Under the pieces are notes generated by a model that saw only the letters and a program-made list of their open reading frames with translations, was not told where the DNA came from and ran no database searches. Shown in pieces: positions 46,594 to 56,262 of a stretch of 64,000 bases of DNA; the stretch's first letter is position 1; each line of letters opens with the position of its first letter. The translations under genes were made by a program, and so were the position numbers. The stretch covers positions 186,001 through 250,000 of IMG/VR virus record IMGVR_UViG_3300044846_005229. One strand, given 5' to 3'.

Positions 46594-46881
46594 TTAGATG
46601 GGGATGACTCTGACAGCAGACTGTAGAGTAAGAGGCATGTATTCATACAGGTGACGGGAATTAAGGCTTGAGTTCTCTACTCCAGCTTCTTTCCAAACAT
46701 TTCCGTCCCAATAGGCCCATACACAAAAAGTGCCCAAGGAACCAGAAGTATCACCCCAAATATACCCCTTAGCCCAAATAGGGCGGCCATCTTTCGGGGC
46801 CAGTTCAATTTTAAGGAAGCAAATAGGACGCTCCTCCGATGTTGTTTCGTGGCTTAAAGTGTCGTGTTGTTCGTCTTTCAT
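46594..46881 (-). CDS. hypothetical protein
   Basis: ORF after a promoter. Confidence 0.55.
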   Translation of the reverse strand: MKDEQHDTLSHETTSEERPICFLKIELAPKDGRPIWAKGYIWGDTSGSLGTFCVWAYWDGNVWKEAGVENSSLNSRHLYEYMPLTLQSAVRVIPI

Positions 46882-46969
46882 GGAATAAGTTTAGCGTTTC
46901 TAAGTTGCAGTAACAAGCCGGAGAACCGAACCGGGCGGGAGGGTTAACCGTCGTTTTATAAAAGTCGGA

Positions 46970-47872
46970 CTAGGTAAACTTCGGTAAGTTCCGGAAGTAG
47001 GTGATTAAGTCCATTTCCTTGAACGAGGTTCGTTTAATACTCCGGCTGGTCTTTGCGTAGGTGCCTTCGACAGCGTCGATATACATGGTGAATGTGCCGT
47101 CATTGCCCATATAGAACTTGGACCACCCTGCGTTTGTCAACAATCTCCTAATGTTAAGTTGTTCAACGGCTAGATTGTCGAACGACAAGTGGGTCTTTCC
47201 AAGGAAAGATGGTATAGTTCGATACCATTCGGTTAGCAACTGTTTGGTTTTGTCGCTATAGTACTGAATCCCTCGTCCGAACGTTTTGTACCCTAGGACC
47301 AAAGTTTTGCTGTTTTCCAGAGCGCTAAGATCCGACAAGACTTCCGGGGAATGAACCCCTGCGATCACGTGGAACACAGTGTGCGGATTGTTTTCTAGAA
47401 ATTGCTTGAGAAGAGGTAAGTTTGTACCTGTGACAGAAACTCCGATTCCTTTGACCAAGCCTTTCCTACTTAGGGTACTCAAAAGAAACTCGTAGGGTTT
47501 CAAGTGTCTTTCGTTCACAGTTAGATTTGATACTAACCCCCTGTCGCGTACTTCGGTTAAAAACGGAATGAGTTCAGGATGGGAAAGCGGGTTACCACCA
47601 CCTATGGCCAGCTCCACTCCTGCTGGCAAGGGCTTCAGTATGGAAAGCAAACGGTTCAGATCCCCAGGCTTCCCCCCAAGGGTGGAATTTTCGTGACAGT
47701 AGGGGCACGCTAGATCACAAAAGTTTGTAATTTTCACGTCAATACTCTCCGGGTGTCTCGCCCACGGGGGGTTGTTGTCAAGGGTTTCTCGGATCTTAGT
47801 CCCATTCGAGCATAAGGTAACTTTGCAGTTGCCGTTTTTGTAACTGTGAAGAATTGACTCAGTAGTTGTCAT
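46970..47872 (-). CDS. radical SAM protein
   Basis: KITNFCDLACPYCHE (CxxxCxxC), GGGNPL, NLTVN. Confidence 0.9.
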   Translation of the reverse strand: MTTTESILHSYKNGNCKVTLCSNGTKIRETLDNNPPWARHPESIDVKITNFCDLACPYCHENSTLGGKPGDLNRLLSILKPLPAGVELAIGGGNPLSHPELIPFLTEVRDRGLVSNLTVNERHLKPYEFLLSTLSRKGLVKGIGVSVTGTNLPLLKQFLENNPHTVFHVIAGVHSPEVLSDLSALENSKTLVLGYKTFGRGIQYYSDKTKQLLTEWYRTIPSFLGKTHLSFDNLAVEQLNIRRLLTNAGWSKFYMGNDGTFTMYIDAVEGTYAKTSRSIKRTSFKEMDLITYFRNLPKFT

Positions 47873-48320
47873 TGTCGGTGTGAAGGACGCTGCGGGGGTT
47901 GAAGATAAACTGTCGCAAGAGTTCGGGGTCTTCAAACAAGTAGTCTAACTGACCTCCTTCTACAGACTGGTGGTCAATGTAGGAAGGATCTTTACCTTCC
48001 TCCCACGACGTGTTAAGGTCATATACAACACTGAAGCAACCGGTTTGCTGTTTGATCACCGAATTTAGAACTTCCCTGTATTCCTCACTTTTCTCTCCTG
48101 CCCAAGATTCAACATAGATAGCCGCGTAATTAGCCTTAATGTCGGCGTCAGTGTAGTCTTCAATTCCCCAACCGAATTGACCTCCGATGAGTACAACGTT
48201 TCCCTCTTCGTCCAATGGCAGGGTGCTTAGTAGATCAGTAGAGTCACCTGAGGATATACTGAGTGAGTGAGTGCTTGAGCTATTGGTCTCAAATACTGCT
48301 TGTCGAATTTGTGTAGTCAT
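47859..48320 (-). CDS. conserved hypothetical protein (FETNSSSTHS motif), coupled to the radical SAM gene
   Basis: IR..VFETNSSSTHSL and YIDHQS motifs; 14-nt overlap with the rSAM start. Confidence 0.7.
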   Translation of the reverse strand: MTTQIRQAVFETNSSSTHSLSISSGDSTDLLSTLPLDEEGNVVLIGGQFGWGIEDYTDADIKANYAAIYVESWAGEKSEEYREVLNSVIKQQTGCFSVVYDLNTSWEEGKDPSYIDHQSVEGGQLDYLFEDPELLRQFIFNPRSVLHTDNDNY

Positions 48321-48654
48321 TTTGCTTTGGTGTTTGATAAGAAATTGGAATGTCTATATCCTTGGTAAAGGAAATTTCGGATTGAACTCAGGAAGACCCA
48401 ACCCATCCTGGAAGTTGCAAGACAATTAGCTGATCTGACTTCTCAAGAATTGTCAGGCAGTAGTTTCTCCAAAACCCATAATCAGAAGGCAGTTCAACAC
48501 CACAGTCAAAGCAAAAGTGCATGAGCAACGGTGAGAAGGCCACCAGTCCTTTCGAGGCAAGGTCGGCAAGTTCATAGGTGACGGCATCCATGCGGGTTTG
48601 TGTGACTGCAGGATTGCTATCGCCGTATGGTGCGGCTAGGTGGATTAAAGGCAT
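48289..48654 (-). pseudogene. DUF1937-like protein interrupted by an in-frame TGA at 48388-48390
   Basis: LAAPY...FSPL..H...L.LPGW..S*VQSEI.F...IPI; the frame after TGA matches the family C-terminus (expected S.GV..EI). Confidence 0.6.
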
Positions 48655-48669
48655 TTTGCTTCTCAGCTT

Positions 48670-48927
48670 CTAATCTTCATGTCGGTCATAATTAACTCCC
48701 AGGAGACTACAAAGCTCACGGGCAAAGTCAATCTCACCTACCCGGGCACCATCGTTAAAGGCATCATCATAGCTACCTGCATCTATCGGGCAGTATTCGT
48801 CTTCGTCGGACGATCGGTCTAAAGCGTGCCGCTGAGATGCTCTGAATTTAATTTTCGTGATTAAGCGGCTGATGACTAAGCCGTCAATTTTATCGCTGAA
48901 GGACAGAAGTTCAGGTTGGTTTTCCAT
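48670..48927 (-). CDS. hypothetical protein
   Basis: ORF in array. Confidence 0.6.
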   Translation of the reverse strand: MENQPELLSFSDKIDGLVISRLITKIKFRASQRHALDRSSDEDEYCPIDAGSYDDAFNDGARVGEIDFARELCSLLGVNYDRHED

Positions 48928-48933
48928 TTGCGT

Positions 48934-49281
48934 TTATTGTGATTTGAGAATGATGCCAATGCCATGTTCGGTAACTACAGGTTCGTAACTCCGGAGATCC
49001 ACAGGTTCTACGGTGTCCTCCTTGAGTGTTACCTTCCCGTCATTAAGAAACCTGAGGAAAGTTCTAGCCCTACTAATAGTCGCATTGGCTTGTCTAACTG
49101 CTTTTCTAGCCCCATAATGGTAAAGAACCCGTTCACACTCCTCCAGGCTAAATAGCATGTCAATAAACAAAGAATGGATTTCCTCTGGGGTGGCAGGTTG
49201 TTTGGTGCGTTCAGGCACGGAATTGGTTTCTGGCACACCTGTAGTATAGCATGTTAGACCCGGAAAGTCAACGGGGATCAC
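48934..49281 (-). CDS. hypothetical protein (true start probably downstream of the promoter)
   Basis: ORF overlaps the promoter at 49243-49271. Confidence 0.5.
   Translation of the reverse strand: MIPVDFPGLTCYTTGVPETNSVPERTKQPATPEEIHSLFIDMLFSLEECERVLYHYGARKAVRQANATISRARTFLRFLNDGKVTLKEDTVEPVDLRSYEPVVTEHGIGIILKSQ
49243..49271 (-). promoter_or_regulatory. sigma70-like promoter
   Basis: TTGACT-17 nt-TATACT with extended TG. Confidence 0.65.
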
Positions 49282-49370
49282 ACCCTGGTGGCACTATGGT
49301 GGGAGTCCGTGTAAATGGTTTCCATTGCAGGTTTTTTCGTACGCGGGGGCAATGCGTGTGGTGTCATGAC

Positions 49371-49455
49371 TATCGTAGGTTGTTTGCTTCCGGGTGTGGG
49401 TGCGGATTCCCGTACAAAAAGGTTCGGTAATTACACCATCGGGAGCCGAAGTCAA
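49371..49455 (-). repeat. 85-bp dispersed intergenic repeat, copy A
   Basis: Near-identical to 62114-62198 and 62580-62664. Confidence 0.9.
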
Positions 49456-49657
49456 TCAGAAGCGAAGGGTCTCTTCACCGGGTTGCATCGTTTGCGGTGG
49501 GGCGGTCATCGTCTGGGCCGAATCGGTCATCGCAGGTAATAGCAAGGCGCCCAGTAACCGGGGCTTGACCCAGATCGAGCCGGAATCCATACCCAGCGAG
49601 GCAATTGGATTGGCGTTGACGCTGGTGTGGGTTGATAGGTGTATTGGCTGCTCATGG

Positions 49658-49948
49658 CTATGCCCCCTCGGCATGGGGCAGCGGGATAGCGTGGGCGGTA
49701 ATGAACCGCGCCTGAGCATTGTTCCATCGGCATATTGCGCGATGAACCGTTCCGCATTCCTTAGTTGAAGTGTGGCCGTTGTCACAATAAACCCGCCACA
49801 TATCACGAAAATCCCAATCAAGAACCTTACCTTTTGCATTACACCTTGCACAATTAGCTATTGCCGGGGTGTGTACTTTCTGCTTCACGCTTCCACCTCC
49901 CCGGCCTGGGGCGTCAGGATAGAGAGAGTACTTACATGCTCGTTCCAT
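49658..49948 (-). CDS. Lar-like Zn-ribbon protein
   Basis: CARCNAK...V.C.NGH...A...WN pattern. Confidence 0.45.
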   Translation of the reverse strand: MERACKYSLYPDAPGRGGGSVKQKVHTPAIANCARCNAKGKVLDWDFRDMWRVYCDNGHTSTKECGTVHRAICRWNNAQARFITAHAIPLPHAEGA

Positions 49949-50265
49949 GCAGCTCGCAGATAATCTTTGTATACCTGGTAAGGGACACCCTTTTTAGAGC
50001 ACGCTTCGATTACACTCTCTGCTTTTACGCCAGGGCCCCATCTGTGTTGACAGCGACATTTAGCATAGTTACCATTATTAAAGACCCAAGTACGTGGAAA
50101 CTCTCCGCAATTAGGGCATAGATCCCACCCGGCTGTGGATTTAAGAGGTTCGTACCATTCGCCACAGCTGTCTTCCCACCTGTAGGTTTCAGTCATTGCC
50201 TGTGCGGTAGAGGTTGAATGTCGGTCAGTCATTTGGTTGGTTTTATCGCTAATAGGATTTATCAC
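49885..50265 (-). CDS. Lar-like Zn-ribbon protein
   Basis: CPNCGE.P...C.C...AWN pattern. Confidence 0.45.
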   Translation of the reverse strand: MINPISDKTNQMTDRHSTSTAQAMTETYRWEDSCGEWYEPLKSTAGWDLCPNCGEFPRTWVFNNGNYAKCRCQHRWGPGVKAESVIEACSKKGVPYQVYKDYLRAAWNEHVSTLSILTPQAGEVEA

Positions 50266-50819
50266 GACCGCACCTCCCTGGCTTGGGGAATGGTAACAAG
50301 ACCAGTAGGCGCAAGTCCACGGGCTATGCTGCCTATGACTCGCAGCACAGAAAGATCCAATTCTTCCTGGGGCCCATTATTGTCGAAATAAATATCAGCA
50401 TCACCTACTACAAGCTCCATTGAATATGCGCTTTCCGGTGGCCTGCGCTTTGAGGCGTCAACCCAGATAACGTGATCAAACAACCCAGCCTCGCGGCAGG
50501 CGTTAAATTCATCCCGTTTTCGCATTCCAACATACACATCATACCCACGGCTCAACATTGTCTTGGCCGTTCTCGTCTTGTCGGGGGTATTGTATTCGGA
50601 AATTAAGTCTGCCCATGTTTTTCGGTGGTTTACTCGATCGGCAAACATCTCATCAAAGGTTTTGTAGCGCTGGCGGCCCCATGTGGGCCAAATAAATTCC
50701 TCTCCGACAAAAAGTGAAGAAGAGGAAAACGAGAGGTCCATTTTGCCGCAGATTTTTTCGGCGACGGTATCCTTGCCGTGGCGGGCGTGGCCGATGATTA
50801 GGAGTTTGGGTTTAGTCAT
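50262..50819 (-). CDS. P-loop kinase, dNMP-kinase-like
   Basis: KLLIIGHARHGKDTVAE Walker A-like; G.R...EF...R. Confidence 0.7.
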   Translation of the reverse strand: MTKPKLLIIGHARHGKDTVAEKICGKMDLSFSSSSLFVGEEFIWPTWGRQRYKTFDEMFADRVNHRKTWADLISEYNTPDKTRTAKTMLSRGYDVYVGMRKRDEFNACREAGLFDHVIWVDASKRRPPESAYSMELVVGDADIYFDNNGPQEELDLSVLRVIGSIARGLAPTGLVTIPQAREVRS

Positions 50820-51002
50820 TTTGGATAAGTGGTGTGGTCGCTCATGGCTGGGACTCCACGGCATGGGGTAAAGGAATGGCATTGTGAGGGAGCGTGTGGG
50901 TTTCTTGACCGTTTGACCGGCTATAGCTCCAGTTGCTATACCTTGAGTCACTCTCCGGGTGAAACCTCCAGCACTGCCCTTCCGCATCGTAATACTCCTC
51001 CT

Positions 51003-51731
51003 CTAATGGCTGTTCACTCGTTGCCACCGGCACCCCGCCGGGGCGGGCTTGGCTATTGCCAGGCGAACCTCGGTAGCCACGTCCAGTAAGAACGAGTCCG
51101 AGCAGCTCTGATTCACTAGCCCGCCAACGGCCTGGCCGCAGTCAATCAAAACATATCGAAGAAAGGCAGCACGCGATTCCTGCTGCTGAAGCAACGTGGC
51201 GGCGCGGGCGAGCTTGGCGCTTGCGTCGGGGTACTCATCAGCGGTCTTGGCAACCCCTTCCCCTAGCCACGTCACCAACTCCCTTACCTCCGCAGCGAGC
51301 ACCTCTGGCGCTGGCAAGGTGGCGGGACGGCCCCAATGCTCCAGCGCCTCGCCGATCAGCGCAGTTAGCTGGCTCTGGGCCACGGCGGGCCAACCATCGG
51401 GCCAGTCAGGGCGGCTTTCAATCCCCCGATCAATAGCAACATCGCCGTCGTCTGTTTCCGGCGCTGGTGGGGTGGCGGGGGTACGGTTCAGCGCTCGGAC
51501 AACCTCCTCGATCGGAACCATCGCCCCATCAAAAAGAATTGCGGCGCCGTCTCCGCAGACACCTTCAGACCAGCGACCCTCCCCCCCCGGCTGAGCCAGG
51601 GCGGCTCGGGCGCGGGTGATCAGATCGCGGTATTCGTGATAGGGGTTGGCGCCGTCGTATTCAGCCAACGGTTGCAATAGCTCGGCACACAGTGCGCGAA
51701 AGTCAGTGTTAATGTCTGGGTTAGTCATCAT
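51003..51731 (-). CDS. hypothetical protein (GC-rich segment)
   Basis: Start MMTNPDINTDFRALCAELL. Confidence 0.6.
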   Translation of the reverse strand: MMTNPDINTDFRALCAELLQPLAEYDGANPYHEYRDLITRARAALAQPGGEGRWSEGVCGDGAAILFDGAMVPIEEVVRALNRTPATPPAPETDDGDVAIDRGIESRPDWPDGWPAVAQSQLTALIGEALEHWGRPATLPAPEVLAAEVRELVTWLGEGVAKTADEYPDASAKLARAATLLQQQESRAAFLRYVLIDCGQAVGGLVNQSCSDSFLLDVATEVRLAIAKPAPAGCRWQRVNSH

Positions 51732-52174
51732 AGTAAGTTTTCGGGTTCCAGGGGTGGAACGGTAAGGTTTCCCCAACGGGCGAGAATGGCGCGGGCAAAG
51801 GCGATCACGTGGTAACTGTGCGTTGCATGGCTCCACGTAGCAAGCCACAAAGCGTCTAGCTCGGCTGTAGTCGGCATCTCCCCCTCCGGCTCGGCCAAAG
51901 CAGCGGGCGGCACCAGCCACTCCAGGTTGCACTGCTCGCACTGGGAGATAAATGCTTCCAGCGATTCGGCCCAAACGTGGCCGATCCCGCGTGATCCAAC
52001 CTGCACAAGCTCGGGAGACCATTCGGGTGAATGAACGGTTCTGGCTATGTCTCGGCAAGTGTCAGCCTTGCCATGATCCAAGTCAACAATACAGACGATT
52101 GCTGCGGTATGGGCCAGTTCCCAAAGCTGGCGATAATCGCGTGAGGTTGGGTAGTTGGCAGTTGGGACGATCAT
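51728..52174 (-). CDS. hypothetical protein
   Basis: ATGA-coupled. Confidence 0.65.
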   Translation of the reverse strand: MIVPTANYPTSRDYRQLWELAHTAAIVCIVDLDHGKADTCRDIARTVHSPEWSPELVQVGSRGIGHVWAESLEAFISQCEQCNLEWLVPPAALAEPEGEMPTTAELDALWLATWSHATHSYHVIAFARAILARWGNLTVPPLEPENLL

Positions 52175-52608
52175 GGTGCCTCCGTTGCGGTGATTTGCTG
52201 TTGCTCTAATCCTGAGGCAATAAATACCCCCCTCAACTTATCAACTACATCTGTTTTGAACGTCTCAACCTGCGAACGCAACTCTTCCAAAGAGTCGCAT
52301 TCAAACGGTTTCTCTTGCATTTCTTCGCCCAGGATCAATACAGTCACGGTGCCATCCCATTTTGGTCCGTAGTGGGTCTTTGGGGGATAGAAGCGACTGC
52401 TAAAACTAACCACTGGCCCGTCATAGTCCAATTTAAATCCGCAATCCCATCTCCAGGTCGGCTCATGCAGCTTGTAACTATTGGTGTTGGCCTGTGATTC
52501 CCATTGGTAGGCCTGGTCCCAACTGGTTGGGCAATCTCCCAAAGGTTCACCGCCATCGAAAATAATTTGGTTGTTTGTGGTGGGCATGTCAATGTGGTTG
52601 GTGCTCAT
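52171..52608 (-). CDS. hypothetical protein
   Basis: ATGA-coupled. Confidence 0.65.
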   Translation of the reverse strand: MSTNHIDMPTTNNQIIFDGGEPLGDCPTSWDQAYQWESQANTNSYKLHEPTWRWDCGFKLDYDGPVVSFSSRFYPPKTHYGPKWDGTVTVLILGEEMQEKPFECDSLEELRSQVETFKTDVVDKLRGVFIASGLEQQQITATEAP

Positions 52609-52856
52609 GTTGCCTCCTTAATTGGAATACACAGCCAGTAGCGATGCTGTTCGTTGACGCGGTGGCTAGGCCTTTCTGGGTCGATATCCCAGGTTGTACG
52701 CGCCTCCATCAATGGATAGTCAGCGCCGGGAAAGCCATAGCTAGTAAACATATCGCATTCAAATGATGCTGTGCCAAATGGCACAAGCTCAGGGTGCCGA
52801 GCGCGAATCGCTGCGAAGACTCTGAGGCTGGTTTCGATTGTTCTGTAGTCCTTCAT
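52605..52856 (-). CDS. hypothetical protein
   Basis: ATGA-coupled. Confidence 0.6.
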   Translation of the reverse strand: MKDYRTIETSLRVFAAIRARHPELVPFGTASFECDMFTSYGFPGADYPLMEARTTWDIDPERPSHRVNEQHRYWLCIPIKEAT

Positions 52857-53908
52857 CGGTCAACCTCCCGGCGAAGATCATTGGCGCTGCCTTTGTTCCC
52901 GACAAGATCAAGCCAGGCCGCTACCTCGCGGATTGCGGCGCGGGTTGCCTCTTCATCGCTGGTCGCCATGCCTTTCCAGAAAGAGTGTAAGGCACTCTTC
53001 ACCAATCCCCCGGCAGGCAAGACCGGTGAAGCAGGTTGGGCGACAACATCAGATTGCCCCCACCGATTGATTTCGGCCCACTCTTGGTCAGTGTATTCGC
53101 TCTCGCCATTCACATGGGGGGCGGCAAGTTGGGTAACTGGCGGGGCAAGCTCCCGTAGGTCAACCAGGGACTGCGCCGCAGGATCTCCCCACTTTGCTTG
53201 CTTGTTTATGAAGGCCCACGCCTTTGCGTCCAGATCTTGTTCTGAATAGGGGCCAGGCGGGATTTGCTCCGATTCGGGCTGGGTCAGGGCACCCCGCTCT
53301 TCCCCCGGATACGGATCGCAAACCTCCAACCGTGCGCATGTCATTGCAGTCTGCTCCAAAACATCACCCCAGGGGATACCGGCGTTTTCCGTAATCGACA
53401 TTAATACCAGCAAAACATCAGCAGCTTCACTGAGCGGATCGCCATGCTTGCCCCGGAGGGCTTCGGTCAACTCGGAAGCTTCCAGGTGAAGGTACACGCC
53501 TCGGCTAGACCAACTAAGGTCCCACCCGCGCTTTTTGCACATGGCCAACACACGGGCTGGCAGTGCGTTTGGGGGCTGAGCGGCTCCGAAGTCGTTTGCC
53601 TCTATTAAATCAATGGCGTCCAGAATCCGAGAACAATGCCATACTCGTTCGTTATAGTCCTCTGATTCGTCTGCCAACACGGCACGCAAACCGATAACAA
53701 TTCCTTCCCATGTCATTCCAGTTCCCCCAGGGGGCTGAGTGGCGGCCTCTGACGAGGCCAAAGCGTCTTCAATCTCAGACAAAGTCTTCTGTACGTCAAG
53801 CAACTGAGCGTCCTTGGATTCTGCTGAGACGCAGCAAAGGCCCTCAGACACCTCATTCAATGCCTCTTTAACCTTCTCGGAGCATAGTGCCATAAGATTG
53901 CTATTCAT
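52853..53908 (-). CDS. multidomain protein with central MazG-like NTP pyrophosphohydrolase domain
   Basis: LHLEASELTEALR...LSEAADVLL (E-xx-E...E-xx-D). Confidence 0.65.
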   Translation of the reverse strand: MNSNLMALCSEKVKEALNEVSEGLCCVSAESKDAQLLDVQKTLSEIEDALASSEAATQPPGGTGMTWEGIVIGLRAVLADESEDYNERVWHCSRILDAIDLIEANDFGAAQPPNALPARVLAMCKKRGWDLSWSSRGVYLHLEASELTEALRGKHGDPLSEAADVLLVLMSITENAGIPWGDVLEQTAMTCARLEVCDPYPGEERGALTQPESEQIPPGPYSEQDLDAKAWAFINKQAKWGDPAAQSLVDLRELAPPVTQLAAPHVNGESEYTDQEWAEINRWGQSDVVAQPASPVLPAGGLVKSALHSFWKGMATSDEEATRAAIREVAAWLDLVGNKGSANDLRREVDR

Positions 53909-54801
53909 GGTTTTTCTGATTGGTAATTGGTGGTTGATTGTTGATGGTTTAATAAAGCTTTCAACTCAGCTATTTCAGCGGCCTGTCGTTGTTCAAGAGT
54001 GGGGGGCTTGGGTATCGCACGGTACGCGGCTAGGGCGTCTTCTTTCGTGGGCCAACTGAATTTATTTAGGAATTCTAGGTATGTAAGGGAGTTGGGCAAC
54101 CACCATTCACTTTCTTTATTTAAATAGTGGTTCCGGTCTCTTACTACCCACTTTGTGTTCCCACGGTCACACGCTTCAATATAAATTTCGCTGTGATGGT
54201 GTGTATAATGGAACCTAAAAGGTACTGGCTCCGGTATGGCCCCCGAAAAAGAAGGCTCTTTGATCCAACGGACTAAGCCCAAAAGGGTATCCGTAGCATC
54301 CATTGATTCCCAATCGTCATCTCCGTCGTACCTATTGAGTCGTTCAGTGTAAACCCAGCGTAGTGTACCGTCCACATTTTGTTCTAAATCACCATCAATA
54401 AACCCCTGACCAGCCAAAAAGCGTAGAATCTCGTCGTCAGTCCTAGTATATTTGGTACCACCAGAAAGCTCAGAAATTCTATCATCTTGCTTCGAGATGA
54501 ATTCAGAGGCTCGGCGAAGTAGGCCAGGAGAAACCTCGTGGCACTGACCAAAGTAATCTAAACTGTGGGCCGTCACCCATAGAGAAGACACGAGATCTAT
54601 TAGCTCCTTTTCATCTATTGGGTTCGTTTGGTTTGTGGTGTTGTCAATCTCGCTTAGCAAGGCAGTTCTATACTGCCCCATTGATTGAAAACTCATAGCG
54701 AAATCATCGTCAGCGATTAGGCTTCGAATATCGTTTGTCATGTTTGTTTTAGGGGTTACAAGGTTTGTCAGAAAAGGTTTAATGCCATCGCCTGGGCCCA
54801 A
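53905..54801 (-). CDS. hypothetical protein (start probably MTNDIR)
   Basis: ORF in array. Confidence 0.65.
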   Translation of the reverse strand: MGPGDGIKPFLTNLVTPKTNMTNDIRSLIADDDFAMSFQSMGQYRTALLSEIDNTTNQTNPIDEKELIDLVSSLWVTAHSLDYFGQCHEVSPGLLRRASEFISKQDDRISELSGGTKYTRTDDEILRFLAGQGFIDGDLEQNVDGTLRWVYTERLNRYDGDDDWESMDATDTLLGLVRWIKEPSFSGAIPEPVPFRFHYTHHHSEIYIEACDRGNTKWVVRDRNHYLNKESEWWLPNSLTYLEFLNKFSWPTKEDALAAYRAIPKPPTLEQRQAAEIAELKALLNHQQSTTNYQSEKP

Positions 54802-55410
54802 TACAGGATCAGGGTCTAAAGGGCAATTATGACGTTGAGTTTATTACCAGTGGGGACATCAAAATAAATTTCAAAGTCCGGGGAGTGTTTAGTTGCCATT
54901 TCCCCAAAGCTCTTCATAAGTTTGCTTGATGGTGTCTTCCTTATTAAGTGGGTGATTGTCACTCCATTCGCCAATTTCTTTTGATTGAATAGACATTATC
55001 TTTGGGTAGAGGTGCCTTATGTTTTCAATGAAATACACAATATCATCTTCAGGCATGTCCTCAAAACCCAATACTAAAACTTCAACTTTGTATGCTTTCA
55101 TTGTCCCCCGGTTGCTTCGAAACACCCCTGATCGTAACCTTCGTCGTACATTTCTTGGGCAAATTTTAGAAGTCCATGGAGGAGCTTAGATTTTACGACG
55201 AATGACGATGGTTCAATTCTTACTAGGTCACCCATGCCATCTATAGCTGACCCCTTTCTGATAAAGTTGAAGTGTTGACTAGCAATCTCAAAAATTTGTT
55301 CGTCAGTCATTATCGAAATAGTGTAGGTTGGTTTGGGGGGGGGGGGGGGGGGTTCCCCATGTAGCTATGGTACTCTAATCGATGGGCCAGGTAAAGGCCG
55401 GTTAACCGCC

Positions 55411-55662
55411 CTACCCGTCAAACTCTGAAAGTTCTTTCTTAGCGGCTTCCTTCCCAAGCAATCTCCTTTCTTTTTTATGCAAGACCTTTCCATGAGAACA
55501 AAGTTTGCATCGTGGGTTTCCGCAATCGAGTGGGTCTTTGCTATAGACCTTGCCAAAAGTGATGCAATCAGGGTTAATGCCGTTATTCAAACTACCTAGC
55601 AATCTTAACCATTTATTCCTCAAACGTTCCGCATGGTGGCGTCTTCGGGCTGACTTTGCCAT
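55411..55662 (-). CDS. small basic hypothetical protein
   Basis: CGNPRC..C motif. Confidence 0.6.
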   Translation of the reverse strand: MAKSARRRHHAERLRNKWLRLLGSLNNGINPDCITFGKVYSKDPLDCGNPRCKLCSHGKVLHKKERRLLGKEAAKKELSEFDG

Positions 55663-55964
55663 TTTGGTTCTAGGGCCCTGGACAATTGATTAAACTACTG
55701 GGGCTATGGACGAAGAGGACCAGCTCGTCCTGATCCAAGTAACCAGCCACCAATAAGACTAAAAAAATGTGCCAAAAAAATGTGTCAGGGAAAGGTCCTG
55801 GAATTGCGAAGCCAATGGAGACTAAAAGGGTTGCGACAGTGAGTAGAATGTAAGGGTTAGGCATTGGGTTTTGTAGAGGGGTGATCCGATGCCATTATAG
55901 GGCAAGTTTTCCCTGGGGAAACGGTCGGTTTTCCGAACCCATGGTTAAAACTCCGAAGCCAAAA

Positions 55965-56046
55965 TACCGAATGTCGGACTCGAACCGACACGCCTTGCGG
56001 CAATCGCTTTTGAGGCGGCCATGACTACCAATTCCATCAATTCGGC
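55965..56046 (-). tRNA. trnL: tRNA-Leu(CAA)
   Basis: GCCGAAT/ATTCGGT acceptor, loop CTCAAAA, long variable arm, GTCGG-TTCGAGT-CCGAC T arm, A73. Confidence 0.92.
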
Positions 56047-56120
56047 ATTTGCCCTGAGTAGCCAGCTCAAGGACTTTTTGGATGTTTGAACCGTCGCTCA
56101 TTTCACCCTCCATTTTGATA

Positions 56121-56262
56121 TGGGAGATGGGCTCCTTTAAGGAGTTAACTCCCGAGCAAGTTACTGATTGCTCACCGATAGAATTTTGCTAACCTAAGTT
56201 AACAATGCACAGGTATTAATACCTGAGGGGCTATCTCCCAAAGTCTCAAGAATTCTTGAGAC
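56121..56262. repeat. cluster of palindromes and hairpins between the two tRNA-Leu genes
   Basis: GGAGTTAACTCC, GAGCAA/TTGCTC, CAGGTATTAATACCTG and GTCTCAAGAATTCTTGAGAC; the first three are enclosed by TGGGAGAT/ATCTCCCA. Confidence 0.7.

Noticed and set aside
22000-48390. Genome-wide TGA or TAG recoding
   Set aside because: Only two suggestive TGA cases; all three stops terminate many conserved genes at expected lengths and no suppressor tRNA is seen
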